This document shows, piece after piece, positions 19,122 through 29,736 of a stretch of 64,000 nucleotides of DNA. A model generated the notes under the pieces. The model saw nothing but the letters and a program-made list of their open reading frames with translations, was not told where the DNA came from and searched no databases. This stretch comes from Candidatus Bathyarchaeum tardum (GTDB lineage Archaea; Thermoproteota; Bathyarchaeia; Bathyarchaeales; Bathyarchaeaceae), in the NCBI GenBank assembly GCA_024650005.2, contig CP122380.1, positions 576,001-640,000 of the forward strand, read 5' to 3'. Position 1 is the stretch's first letter; each line of letters begins with the position of its first letter. The position numbers and the translations under genes are program-made.

Positions 19122-19904
19122 ATGTACACGTTGCGGGAAATTCTTGAAAAAGTTGCACAAAACCAAGTTTCTGTTGCTGAAGCTGAAAAATTGCTAAGAA
19201 TATTGGCAATTGACGAAATTGAAAACGTAGCAAACATCGATAGCCACCGAGAGTTACGCAAAGGAGTACCCGAGGTTATATTGGCAGATGGAAAAGACAC
19301 CGAGCATTTAACCGAAATTGTAACTAAAATGCTAGAAACCCGTGGTCGTTCAATAATAAGTAGATGTAATCCGCAACAAATTGAAGCAATCAGGGCTGTA
19401 ATTCCAAGTGATGTATTATTGCAGGTTTTTGATGACGCTCGGATGATGGTAGTCCAAAAGAAAGACTTTGTTGTTTCAGCTACTGGTGGAAAAGTCGGAA
19501 TAATTACTGCTGGAACTTCTGATATTGCGGTTGCTGAGGAAGCCAAAATTATCTGTAAATCTATGGGCTGTGAAGTAATTTCTTCATACGATATCGGCGT
19601 AGCAGGAATTCATCGGTTAATCGCTCCTATGAAAAATATGATAATGGAAGATATTGATGTCCTTGTTGTCGTTGCAGGCAGGGAAGGTGCATTACCGTCA
19701 GTGGTTGCTGGAATTGTTGATGTCCCAGTTATTGCAGTTCCAACCTCAAACAGCTACGGTTTAGGAGAAAAAGGAGCAAGCACCCTTATGGCAATGCTTC
19801 AATCTTGCTCGTTAGGTTTGGCAGTTGTTAATATCGACAGCGGAGTCGCAGCAGGGGCAGTAGCTACCTTGATTGCTAATCGTGCAGCAAAATTTAGAAC
19901 GTGA
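19122..19904 (+). CDS. larB: Nickel-pincer cofactor carboxylase LarB
   Basis: RKGVPEV, TAGTSD, DIGVAGIHRL, AGREGALPSV, VNIDSG. Confidence 0.93.
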   Translation: MYTLREILEKVAQNQVSVAEAEKLLRILAIDEIENVANIDSHRELRKGVPEVILADGKDTEHLTEIVTKMLETRGRSIISRCNPQQIEAIRAVIPSDVLLQVFDDARMMVVQKKDFVVSATGGKVGIITAGTSDIAVAEEAKIICKSMGCEVISSYDIGVAGIHRLIAPMKNMIMEDIDVLVVVAGREGALPSVVAGIVDVPVIAVPTSNSYGLGEKGASTLMAMLQSCSLGLAVVNIDSGVAAGAVATLIANRAAKFRT

Positions 19905-19971
19905 ATAAATTCCTTAAGTTTATTATTGCCTTTAGACTATTTTTGATTTGATTATTGCTGGAGAACTGATT

Positions 19972-20934
19972 ATGGATAGAATTGGTTTAGTTACAAGCGG
20001 TGGTGACGCCCCTGGAATGAACGCTGCCATCCGAGCGGTTACTCGTGTTTCTTGCTCTAAACTCATGGAAGTATTAGGTTTTGAACGTGGATGGGATGGA
20101 ATAATTTCGAATAAATTCAGAGTATTAACTCCACGTAATGTGGGCGGCATCCTACACATTGGAGGAACCATTTTAAGAACTTCACGTAGTCCAGAGTTCA
20201 GAACCCCCGAAGGATTAAACAAAGCGGCAGAAAACCTTGCTGCTAATGGCGTTGAAGGTTTGATCGTTGTTGGTGGCGATGGCTCTATGAAGGGGGCATT
20301 AGCATTAAGTGAAGTCTCAGATATTGCAGTTATTGGCATTCCTGCAACAATAGATAATGACGTTTACGGAACTGAAGAAACCATAGGTTTTGATACAGCA
20401 GTAAACACGGCAATTAATGAAATCGACAAAATCAGAGATACTGCAAACGCTCATGAACGGATTTTTGTTGTGGAAGTCATGGGGCGTAACCGGGGTTTTC
20501 TTGCCTTGAACATCGGGTTGACTGTCGGGGCTGAAATAATTTTGGTTCCTGAAGTTGAATATGATGCAAAAACAGTTGCTGAAACTTTGAAATTAAACCG
20601 GGACATTGGCAAAAAATCGGGCATTATTGTTGCTGCAGAAGGAATTGGTGACACACGTAAACTGATAACTGAGCTAGAAACAATGGCTGGTGTGGATGTT
20701 AGGCTAAGTGTTATGGGTTATGCTCAGAGAGGAGGTAATCCATCAGCTAGGAGTCGTTTGTTAGCAAATTTGTTTGCTGATAAAGCGGTAGACCTTCTCA
20801 AGAATGGGGAACGAAACAAAATGGTTGCCCTGCAAAACGGAAGAGTAACTACCATCGGTTTACATGAAGTCACTTCAAACCAAAAACAGTTAGACCTATA
20901 TTTGATGCAGTTGGCTCAAACCTTAGCAATATAA
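19972..20934 (+). CDS. pfkA: ATP-dependent 6-phosphofructokinase (bacterial-type PfkA)
   Basis: TSGGDAPGMNA, GGDGS, PATIDND, EVMGR, QRGG. Confidence 0.93.
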   Translation: MDRIGLVTSGGDAPGMNAAIRAVTRVSCSKLMEVLGFERGWDGIISNKFRVLTPRNVGGILHIGGTILRTSRSPEFRTPEGLNKAAENLAANGVEGLIVVGGDGSMKGALALSEVSDIAVIGIPATIDNDVYGTEETIGFDTAVNTAINEIDKIRDTANAHERIFVVEVMGRNRGFLALNIGLTVGAEIILVPEVEYDAKTVAETLKLNRDIGKKSGIIVAAEGIGDTRKLITELETMAGVDVRLSVMGYAQRGGNPSARSRLLANLFADKAVDLLKNGERNKMVALQNGRVTTIGLHEVTSNQKQLDLYLMQLAQTLAI

Positions 20935-21017
20935 TTTGATTTCCTATCAATGAGTTTGTTCAACAAAGTTATTAAATTCTTGTAACAATGGAAAATACTG
21001 TCTAAAGGGTGAACTAA

Positions 21018-21500
21018 CTGAAAACACTTGTAGTTTATTTTTCGTTAACTGGAAACACAAAATTTGTTGCAGAAAAAATTGCAGAACAATTTGGTGCAGA
21101 TTTATGCGAAGTTACTGATAAAACTTTCAAAGTAGGAAAAATGCTTTTCATCAAGGGGGGAATGGCTGCTATGCGTGAAAAGCTTTCAGATATTGAAGCT
21201 GTAGAATCCATTGAAGATTATGATTTAGTTATTGTAGGTTCGCCTGTGTGGGCTGGAAAGATCGCACCTCCAATTCGAACCTTTTTGGTTAACAATAATT
21301 TTTCAGGCAAACAAGTTGCATTTTTTGTTAGCATAGGTGGAGATAAACCCGAAAAAACTTTTGAGAACCTCAAAAAAACAACGGAACTAGAAGCTGTAAT
21401 TGATGGGTTAGGTGTTACGCAACCCTTGCAAAATATGGCAGATGCAGAAGCTCAGATAACTGAATGGTGCAATAATCTGTTGAACAAAATCAACGCTTAG
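21018..21500 (+). CDS. Flavodoxin, apparently initiated at CTG
   Basis: Frame extends upstream of 21141 to (L/M)KTLVVYFSLTGNT, the FMN-binding loop; GSPVWAG motif; in-frame TAA immediately before CTG. Confidence 0.85.
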   Translation: MKTLVVYFSLTGNTKFVAEKIAEQFGADLCEVTDKTFKVGKMLFIKGGMAAMREKLSDIEAVESIEDYDLVIVGSPVWAGKIAPPIRTFLVNNNFSGKQVAFFVSIGGDKPEKTFENLKKTTELEAVIDGLGVTQPLQNMADAEAQITEWCNNLLNKINA

Positions 21501-21603
21501 CGGGTTATCGCTCGAAAAATATGTCACAAAAAAATTGAAGTAAACAAAGAAAAAAATTGAAAGTAGTTGAGTTAACGACTACTTGTTTTTGTCTGTGGTG
21601 TGT

Positions 21604-22371
21604 TTAGCTGTTTCCGTTGACTACAATTTCAAAGTTAAAGTTCTCTATTCCATTAACACTTTGGGACACGGTTAACATTAGTCGAACTCGCACAGATTGG
21701 TTTGGTTCAAGTGCTTGTCCATTATAATCCCATCTTAACGAGATGTAATTAGGTGCATTTGACGGGTTCCAACTGGTTGTATCTAGAGTTAATGTTAACG
21801 GAACGTTTCCTTCATTTTTCACGTACACTGTGTTTGTTATAGTTCCTCCTGGTACAATGTTTCCCCATGGCAACGATGATATAAGTGCAGTGCAACTGGA
21901 GTCGCCATACACGTTAAGCCCTGCAGTCTGAGTTTGAATTTGAACTGTTCCATAACTGTATATGTTACTTTTAGTGAAATATTGCGCACTAATTGTAGTT
22001 AAAAAGAACACATTCAAAATTGCACTTACTGCAATCGTTGAGATTAGTATCGTCCTTTTCTGTTTTTGTGTAACATGTACACTCACTTTGTGGGGAGCAT
22101 TTGATATTCCAGCTTTGGCTTTGTTTTTTACTTGGGCTGCCATAGTTTGCATTTTTGCAGATATTTTTGGTTTTAAATGTGTGCTTGATTGTTTGAATTT
22201 AGTTGTAGTGTTTGATAAAATGGCTGATAAGATGTGTTTTGTTTTTTGGGTAATTGCAAACTTTGGTTTGTTTTTATTAAAGACATTTTTTGGTTTTTTT
22301 GCATATAACGTCATTTTGCAACTAATAAATTTGAATGCTTTCACCAGTTTTTCTTTGACTTCTTTTTTCAA
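21604..22371 (-). CDS. Membrane-anchored protein with Lys-rich N-terminus and C-terminal Ig-like domain
   Basis: Single TM; WG...PG...VYVKNEGNVPLTL beta-sandwich. Confidence 0.6.
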   Translation of the reverse strand: MKKEVKEKLVKAFKFISCKMTLYAKKPKNVFNKNKPKFAITQKTKHILSAILSNTTTKFKQSSTHLKPKISAKMQTMAAQVKNKAKAGISNAPHKVSVHVTQKQKRTILISTIAVSAILNVFFLTTISAQYFTKSNIYSYGTVQIQTQTAGLNVYGDSSCTALISSLPWGNIVPGGTITNTVYVKNEGNVPLTLTLDTTSWNPSNAPNYISLRWDYNGQALEPNQSVRVRLMLTVSQSVNGIENFNFEIVVNGNS

Positions 22372-22548
22372 CTTTTAATATCCTCTGTTTTTGCTGATTT
22401 GCCCTTGTGTTTTTTTGTTGAAAATTAAGGGTTTTTGAAAAATCTAATTTTGTATTTTGCAAATTCTGTTTTGCATAAAAAAAATAGCACTTTTTTATAT
22501 TAATAAGTAATAAAAATTAAACTAATCGTATATTCAAGGAAAAAATTA

Positions 22549-23244
22549 TTATATTTTTATTACGGTTGTTCTAGAGTATTTGTCCAAAAATTTAATGAAA
22601 CGCTCGTCATGTAACCTATAACCGAGAATCAAATCAATAGGTAACAAAAAGCATTTGCCAAAATTTCTCACTGCGGCAGCGTCGTAAGTCATTTTTTTGC
22701 TGGTTAAACTTACTGTTTTAATCATAAACATGGATTTTCCTACTGTCTGTCCTGCAAAGCCTTCAAGAAGAGTTGAGTATATCCAGAGTACTCCTAAAAA
22801 CAAAAAGAAGTTTTGTTGATACGCAAATTGTCCACTGAACAAAACCAGCACTTCAGCAATTAACGTGGTTGCAACAGTTATAGTGAATGCCACTCCCATG
22901 TCAAAAAGAAATGCCATGGCTCTTCTCGAAAATTTTGCGATATGCTGGCTTGTTTGATGTTCCAGAAAATCAACATCCACTGAAAGGGCTTCAACATCTT
23001 TGAGTAAGCGTAAGGCGTTTTGACCAAGTCTATTTAGTTTGTAGTTTCCCTTGGGTGTTTGTTCTAAAAACTGTTTTAAATTTCTAAGATGAAAACTCAT
23101 TTTTCCAGTGTCAATTTCAAGAGCATTCATCAATTCTGAGAAAGACTGTTCTTTTTGTTCATCAAGTTGGATCAAAATGTCTCGTCGAATTTTATGGGAT
23201 AAGATAAGCAAAATTTTTGAAACATTTTCTTCATTTTGAACCAT
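22549..23244 (-). CDS. wHTH-RDD fusion membrane regulator
   Basis: LSHKIRRDIL...SFSELM...SFHL wHTH; RRAMAFLFD, GQTVGK, VRN RDD motifs. Confidence 0.8.
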   Translation of the reverse strand: MVQNEENVSKILLILSHKIRRDILIQLDEQKEQSFSELMNALEIDTGKMSFHLRNLKQFLEQTPKGNYKLNRLGQNALRLLKDVEALSVDVDFLEHQTSQHIAKFSRRAMAFLFDMGVAFTITVATTLIAEVLVLFSGQFAYQQNFFLFLGVLWIYSTLLEGFAGQTVGKSMFMIKTVSLTSKKMTYDAAAVRNFGKCFLLPIDLILGYRLHDERFIKFLDKYSRTTVIKI

Positions 23245-23834
23245 CTTTTATCCTCCTCAAAACTTGTCTTTTTGAGAAAAAACTTGTGTGACTGCCTTAT
23301 CCCTCTTGTTTAGTTGCACCAAACTTGATTTAATGTTTTTGTTTTTTTAGAACATTATCAATGACTTAACTAATTAACTTCTAAATAATTTAACTTGAAA
23401 AATTGTAAATTTGATTGTTTTATTGCGTTTTAATTTCATTTTGTAAGTTGGTTCTTTGTTGTTTTTAGGTATTCTTTGGTGTTTCATAAATGCTAAGTCA
23501 TGTTCAATGGTAGCGTTCATCTGACTGTTGTTATTGGGATTTCATTTAGATTGTAATTAAAGTTGATTAAAATGTTGTTACTAATTGCTTGAGAAATAAT
23601 TTGATTTTTTCAGTGATGTTTTCTTTAATTGCAATTGCTGAGTTTTGGTTTGCTTTTTAAATATCAAAATAAAAAGGTGGCCGTAATTGACAAACATTTC
23701 AATAACTTAATCAGAATCGAATGTCCTTGCTGTGATACCTTTACTCGACTAATCTTCTTCATGAGTGCCCAAATTTGTAAATAAAACGCTCAGAACATTC
23801 TTTTTGCAGATTTGTTCTAATCTCTTTTCGTCTT

Positions 23835-24227
23835 TTATTGTATTGTGACTTGTTTGGGTTTGGTATCGAATGCTGTTTTCAAACTACTTATATAATTGAT
23901 GAAATCTAAATCGTCAAAATTTTTGTACTCTAACATAATATCTTGGTTGACCACTTTCACTTTGGAATATAATTTTTCCATTATTTTTTGTTCCAGCAAA
24001 ACGGCTCCGAATTTGAACATGTCCCTAAGTAACGTTTGAAATTTTTGAACATCTTTTGCAAACTCATTTTTTGTAATGCCGTATCCATTTTCTGCAAAAT
24101 AATAAATGCTGTTCGCACCTTTTTCCCCTAACATTTCAACTAAAACTTCGTTAATTGATGCACATAGCATCTCATCAAACTTTGTTCTGTTTTCAATTGT
24201 TGCAATGTTTTTTTCCAACAAAATCAC
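23835..24227 (-). CDS. Hypothetical protein (DUF3227-like small archaeal domain)
   Basis: SINEVL..LG...IYY...F...L..MF..GA.LLE pattern. Confidence 0.55.
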   Translation of the reverse strand: MILLEKNIATIENRTKFDEMLCASINEVLVEMLGEKGANSIYYFAENGYGITKNEFAKDVQKFQTLLRDMFKFGAVLLEQKIMEKLYSKVKVVNQDIMLEYKNFDDLDFINYISSLKTAFDTKPKQVTIQ

Positions 24228-24234
24228 CCACTTT

Positions 24235-24609
24235 TTACAACATTTTGATTTTATGATACTGTAAACCCAGTTCTTTCAACCTGTTTTTTGTTTCAAACAA
24301 ATTGGAGAGCTTGTAATGCGTTTTGTGCGGAAGAGACATCCTTTCTTTTTTGAACAATCTTCGAAACAACATTTTTTTATGTAGATATGTGTAACTACAG
24401 CCACATTGGAACCCAACAATTCCTCTATCTTTTACAAACAGAGTATGTGCCCGCTGTGAGGGGCATTTCATCTTTTTTTTATGCAGTTCGAATGCTAAAA
24501 CTAGATCTTCTAATGCTAATGGTTGCAATGTTTCTGCTTTAAAAAAATACCATCTGCTGTATGCGCCTAGGCTGAGCCAAATGCTTGCGAGTAGTAGTTC
24601 CCAGAACAT
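24235..24609 (-). CDS. Hypothetical protein with N-terminal TM and Cys/His motif
   Basis: ORF with TM, H...C and CGC; 7 bp from the next gene. Confidence 0.55.
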   Translation of the reverse strand: MFWELLLASIWLSLGAYSRWYFFKAETLQPLALEDLVLAFELHKKKMKCPSQRAHTLFVKDRGIVGFQCGCSYTYLHKKMLFRRLFKKERMSLPHKTHYKLSNLFETKNRLKELGLQYHKIKML

Positions 24610-25573
24610 GTGTTTTTTCTTCCCAACTGTTTATATGTGCTACAAATCAACAATATGTCTTTTTTCAGACATATTTTAATATTTCGATAACCATCTGGAT
24701 ATATAAATATTTTGAAACAAAATTTTTAAGACAATCATGTTTTATTCAATAATATGGGATAAAAATACATTGTTAGGATCAACCCAATTACTAAAATCAA
24801 TCTGATTGCATGTTACTATGAAATAATTGTTCTAGACTATGAAATTTGTTATATTCATTTAAACGATTCATTTTACACCTGGAATTTTGAACCACCCCTG
24901 ATTTATTGAATTACTTGATGCTGATCAAAACATCTGATTTTTCAAAAACCAAATCGAAAAAAATAAATTATTAATTAAGTTAACAAAGTGATGCAGGCTG
25001 GACAAGATTTGATTGCAAAAAATAAAGAAATAGATTACCGCAGTTTACTTCTTCTGTGAATACGATTATTATCAGTTTTCTCGATTTTGGCAATTTCTAT
25101 AATTTTTGATTTCATTTGTATTCTTGCATCTGCATTTGGTCTTATGAATATTGTTTTAACCAACAAAGAAAAATCACATGGATCTTATTATAAGAAAAAA
25201 CAGTTTCTAGGGTATATTAACTCGCCAAAGCCATAACAAGTCCAAAAACTGCAAGAACCCTTCAAAAAGTACTTTTTTGAGCATAAAATCCCGTGATACC
25301 GTTCTGAAGTTTGGTTAAATGCTCAAAAGCTAATTTATCGCATCGCTTAGAAATGGTTCATTTTTTCATTTTTTATGAAACATAATTATTGAGCGAACCT
25401 TTGTGCTTGGATGAGTATCATGTCATGTCGGCGGAGATTATTGACGGTCGTTAAACTCATTTGAATGAACAAATGGTTTCAAAATTTTTCAGGTTGAAAT
25501 TTATAGAATAAAAAATGGAAAAAAGTATACTTTTTTCCTCTTTTACATCACGCTTTTTTGTTGGTTAAACATG

Positions 25574-25978
25574 TTAGGGATCTAAAAGGCCTTTTACGTA
25601 AGCACCAATGAACATTGCTAGAATTCCAAGTAAGATTGGATAATTGCCTGTACCAAGGCTTGCTACTGCTGAGCCAGGACATTGACCTGAGAGTCCCCAT
25701 CCAATTCCAAAGATAATTGCTCCAATTATAATTTTCCACGACAGAATCCTGCGTCTTGGTTTGAATACGCTTCCGAGAACTGGTTTCTTTTGATATTTTG
25801 CTAAAACGTTAATTGAAAAGGCTGCGACCAATGCTGCACCCCCTAAGACGAAAATGAGTCCAAAATCTTTGAATTGTAAGAAACTTAGCACAATTTCTTG
25901 TTTGGTCATTCCACTGTATGATAAACCGAAACCGAATAGAATGCCACCAATTAGTACGATTATGTTTCTTTTGTTCAT
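25574..25978 (-). CDS. YeeE/YedE sulfur-compound transporter subunit
   Basis: LFGFGL..SGM, FGIGWGLSGQCPG. Confidence 0.9.
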   Translation of the reverse strand: MNKRNIIVLIGGILFGFGLSYSGMTKQEIVLSFLQFKDFGLIFVLGGAALVAAFSINVLAKYQKKPVLGSVFKPRRRILSWKIIIGAIIFGIGWGLSGQCPGSAVASLGTGNYPILLGILAMFIGAYVKGLLDP

Positions 25979-26436
25979 GGTGAAACCCCCAACATCTGAA
26001 CGATGTTTGCTATAACTATAGCGACTCCCATAAAGACGATAACAGCGTAAAGAGATGTTTTAGAAAGTGATGCTAATCCGCTTATTCCATGTCCTGAGGT
26101 ACATCCACTAGAAAGTCTTGTTCCAAAGCCTACAAGCAATCCGCCTAGAATTAATCGCCACAATTGTACGGAGGTTATCCAAAATCCAGTTGGTGAAATA
26201 GTAAGAGTGTGAATAAATGCTCCAATTACTAAACCAGTAGCCAGAGTTAATCTCCAGCCTCTTTCTTTGATGTTTGTTTCTTTCTGGAAATGTTTTAGTT
26301 TAGAAAACCATGATAATGTTGTTGTAAAAAAGCTACTTTGTGTTGCATGAAGCCCGGTTATTAGATATATTAGTCCTACTCCTACTCCAATTATTATTCC
26401 GCCCACTAAATATTGTTCTATTCCAAGAGGAAACAT
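25975..26436 (-). CDS. YeeE/YedE sulfur-compound transporter subunit
   Basis: LVGFGTRLSSGCTSGHGISG. Confidence 0.9.
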   Translation of the reverse strand: MFPLGIEQYLVGGIIIGVGVGLIYLITGLHATQSSFFTTTLSWFSKLKHFQKETNIKERGWRLTLATGLVIGAFIHTLTISPTGFWITSVQLWRLILGGLLVGFGTRLSSGCTSGHGISGLASLSKTSLYAVIVFMGVAIVIANIVQMLGVSP

Positions 26437-26493
26437 GAATATTCCTGATGTTGCGTTTTTAATTTAAGCTTTTTCTAGTGGTTAATGTAGCAG

Positions 26494-27855
26494 TTATTTA
26501 GTTAATTTGAAACCAGCTTTGACCCATGCTTCAGTTCCACCTAAACAGTTATAGACGTTTTCAAATCCTGCTCTCAGCAATATGCTTGTTCCAAAACTGG
26601 ACCTGTTTCCTGTTTTACACAAAACAACTATTGTTTTGTCTCTCGGAACTTTATCTATCTGTTTTGGAATGTGCCCTAGGTAAATATGCATTGCACCTTG
26701 AATATGTCCTTCATTCCATTCGTTTTCTCGTCGAACATCTAAGATTGTAATTTCTTGCTTTGAATCAATCATCTTTTTGAGTTCATGAACTGTTATTAAC
26801 CCATTTTTGGGGATAGGTATCCCTTGTTTATACCAAGCTTCTATGCCCCCGCCTAAGTATCCTTCAATTTTATCAAAGCCTAGCCTCAAAAGGTTTTTAA
26901 CTGCAAATTCCAGCGCTTTTATGTTTTCGACAACTAACAAAATTGTTTTGTTGTAGTCTGCAATCCAGCCTACATTTGATAGTCTTTTAGGTGGCAAGCT
27001 GAAGGAGTCTTTTATATGTGCAGCTCCAAACGCATCTGGAGTTCTTGTGTCAATAATGTAAGCAGTTTCAACAGTTTTCATAAATTCTGACGGTGTTAAA
27101 GGATGTGGCATTGTTATTGTTCCTAAAATTGGAGGTCCATTAAGATTGTAAGCTTCCATTTGCTTGAAATATGGTGGAGTTTGGTGTCGTTCAGTTGTTT
27201 TTTGTTTGATAAAATTGTCTTTGCTAAGATTTAACATTGGGTTTGTTTTCTTTTCGATTCCAATTGTGCTTATTTCTCTTTGCCTTATTTTTCCACCACA
27301 GACTGACCCTGCACCATGGGAAGGGCACACTATTACTCCTTCGCCTAAAGGAAAAAGCTTGTTTGTTATGCTATTATACATTTTTTCAGACATTACAGGT
27401 GTCATTTTTTCTCCAAGAAAATCGGTTCTTCCAACATCTCCTACAAAAAGTGTATCTCCTGTAAACACCATTACCGGTTCTTCTCCACTTTCGTTGTCAT
27501 ATAATACGTAACTTGTGCTTTCTGGAGAATGACCTGGCGTGTGTAATGCTTTAATTTTTAGTGCCCCTATCTGAATTTGTTGGTTGTCTTCTATGGTTTT
27601 GCCGAATCCCCAAGGCAGACCTGTGCCATGAAATATTGTGGCTCCTGTGAGTTTTGCTAGTTCTAAAGAGCCAGTCACGTAGTCCTCATTTCTGTGAGTT
27701 TCAAAAATGTAGTTTATTTTTGCGCCCCATTTGTTGGCTATTTTTAGATATATCTCACAGTCTCTTCGGGGGTCTATTACTGCTGCTTCATTATTGTTTC
27801 CTATTATGTATGAGAGGTGTGATATGATCTCTGATTTTATTGTTTGAATTAACAT
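26494..27855 (-). CDS. MBL-fold hydrolase fused to two rhodanese domains
   Basis: ETHRNEDY, TPGHSPE, FTGDTLF, HGAGSVCG; C-terminal CKTGNRS. Confidence 0.9.
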   Translation of the reverse strand: MLIQTIKSEIISHLSYIIGNNNEAAVIDPRRDCEIYLKIANKWGAKINYIFETHRNEDYVTGSLELAKLTGATIFHGTGLPWGFGKTIEDNQQIQIGALKIKALHTPGHSPESTSYVLYDNESGEEPVMVFTGDTLFVGDVGRTDFLGEKMTPVMSEKMYNSITNKLFPLGEGVIVCPSHGAGSVCGGKIRQREISTIGIEKKTNPMLNLSKDNFIKQKTTERHQTPPYFKQMEAYNLNGPPILGTITMPHPLTPSEFMKTVETAYIIDTRTPDAFGAAHIKDSFSLPPKRLSNVGWIADYNKTILLVVENIKALEFAVKNLLRLGFDKIEGYLGGGIEAWYKQGIPIPKNGLITVHELKKMIDSKQEITILDVRRENEWNEGHIQGAMHIYLGHIPKQIDKVPRDKTIVVLCKTGNRSSFGTSILLRAGFENVYNCLGGTEAWVKAGFKLTK

Positions 27856-27927
27856 TGTGACAAAACCATTTTGTATTGAACTGAAGTTTTACTTAAGATT
27901 TTTCGGTTGCTTATTTATGTACATTTT

Positions 27928-29412
27928 TTATGGAACTGGAAGAATCCAAACTACAGCTAAAACAGTTAGCAATGCTGGAATAGCTGCTAAAATACCTGTT
28001 TTAATAAGTCTGCTTCTTGGAATAAGTCCTGTTGAATAAATTAGGGCTGTGGAGGGTACCCCTACAGGTGTTATGAATGCTATTGTTGCAGATAGGGCTA
28101 CCGCCATAACGAAAGGCACTGGTGACATTTCTAAAATATTTGCTGTTTCTATTGCAATCGGTATTAAAATGGCTGCTGTTGCACTGTTTGAAATAAAATT
28201 TGTTAAGAGAAGTGAAATTGTGCTTAAGACAATTATTATTACTATTGTTGGGGTTGAACCATGCATAGATGCTATGGCACTACTTATTCCACTAGCTGCA
28301 CCTGATATAATCATAGCTTCGCCAAGTAGAATTCCCCCTCCGACTAGAAATATTAGTTCCCATTGGATTGATTGTAAATCTTTAATGTCAAGTAGGTTAA
28401 AACCGAACATGATTAGTACTGCGATTACAGAAACTATTGCTACATTTGATACTGAAGTGGGCAATCCGAGCCAGACTTCAAACTGACTGCCCATGAACCA
28501 AAATATTATTGTTCCCAAAAAAATCAGAAGAACCCTTTTTTGTGTGTTGTTTAATTTTTCAATTTGTTTCTTTTGTTCAATTATTGCATCCAGTTTAAGG
28601 GTTACTTTTGGAGAGGGATACAACTTTTTTAGTAACAAAAATGCTAGAGCTAATACCAGTAAAGACACGGGTAAACCATAATATGCCCATTCAATGAACC
28701 CAAAGGAAAGTGTTTCACCTAGTAAAGCTCCTGCTATCATTGCAGGAGTGCTCCCTGTAAGCATTGCTGTACCCCCTATTGATGTGCTTATGGACACTCC
28801 TAAGAGCATCTTGCGTTTAAGGTTAACAAGTTCTTCAGGCATTGCTGTTAATATTGAAAGTATAACGGGTAAAATTACCGCTATGGCTACCGTGTTTGAC
28901 ATCCACATGCTTAAGAATGCAGTGCTGGCCATGACTAGCAAAATTAGTCTATCTATTTTTCCTTTGGAGTAAGTCAATAGATTGTATCCAATCCATTTGT
29001 CTAATCCATGTTTTTTGATTGATTGGCCTAAAACAAGACCTCCAATCATGAGAAATATAATTGAGTTGGAAAAAGGCGCAAATGCTTCTTTGGGGTTAAA
29101 TACGCCTAACAGAGTTAGCATTGCGGGTATCATCAGTCCAGTTATGGGTAAGGGAAATACTTCTAACATCCAACAGCCTGCTGCGAAAACAAATGTTGTC
29201 AAGGTTTTGCGCACGATTTCTGGTTGATTGAATGTTATCAAGTAAACTAGAACGGCAATAATTAATACAAAAAACAGGTTTTTCTTTGAGTATACTATTT
29301 TGTAAAGTTTCGTTGGCGCTTTATAAGCAATCCATTCTATTGGTTTGCAAAAGTAACAGTCTTTGTTCTCGTCCGATTTGTTGTTTTGGTTGTTTTTTTC
29401 GAGGTCTTTCAT
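27928..29412 (-). CDS. DASS/SLC13 Na+:anion (sulfate/dicarboxylate) symporter
   Basis: LSMWMSNT and TNFISNSAT motifs, PVGVP, many TMs. Confidence 0.9.
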   Translation of the reverse strand: MKDLEKNNQNNKSDENKDCYFCKPIEWIAYKAPTKLYKIVYSKKNLFFVLIIAVLVYLITFNQPEIVRKTLTTFVFAAGCWMLEVFPLPITGLMIPAMLTLLGVFNPKEAFAPFSNSIIFLMIGGLVLGQSIKKHGLDKWIGYNLLTYSKGKIDRLILLVMASTAFLSMWMSNTVAIAVILPVILSILTAMPEELVNLKRKMLLGVSISTSIGGTAMLTGSTPAMIAGALLGETLSFGFIEWAYYGLPVSLLVLALAFLLLKKLYPSPKVTLKLDAIIEQKKQIEKLNNTQKRVLLIFLGTIIFWFMGSQFEVWLGLPTSVSNVAIVSVIAVLIMFGFNLLDIKDLQSIQWELIFLVGGGILLGEAMIISGAASGISSAIASMHGSTPTIVIIIVLSTISLLLTNFISNSATAAILIPIAIETANILEMSPVPFVMAVALSATIAFITPVGVPSTALIYSTGLIPRSRLIKTGILAAIPALLTVLAVVWILPVP

Positions 29413-29736
29413 TCCTCAATCTCCGTGAGAAGTAGATTATATATCATAAACGATTGAATTTAATGTTTTAACTTTTTTCTATATGCTGTTTATGATGTGG
29501 TTGAATTATGAACATATACTTTAAACATTGAACGAAGTGAAAAATACACCATCAAATATGGCAAAACTGGTTTTAGTTTTTGTTTTTTATGTTTAGTGTT
29601 TGAATTAATGTTTAATAGGTGTCATTTTTTTAGATAGTATCTGCTGGGTGTAAAAAATTTTATGCGTTCTACTTCTAAAACAGTTTGTTTAAGTGTTGTT
29701 GTTATAATAATATGTGGTTGTACAGGGAAATAAGAA

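Noticed and set aside
24610-25550. Long AT-rich gaps (also 23250-23830 and 32250-33290)
   Set aside because: No repeats, RNA gene signatures or credible ORFs seen; probably decayed genes or regulatory DNA
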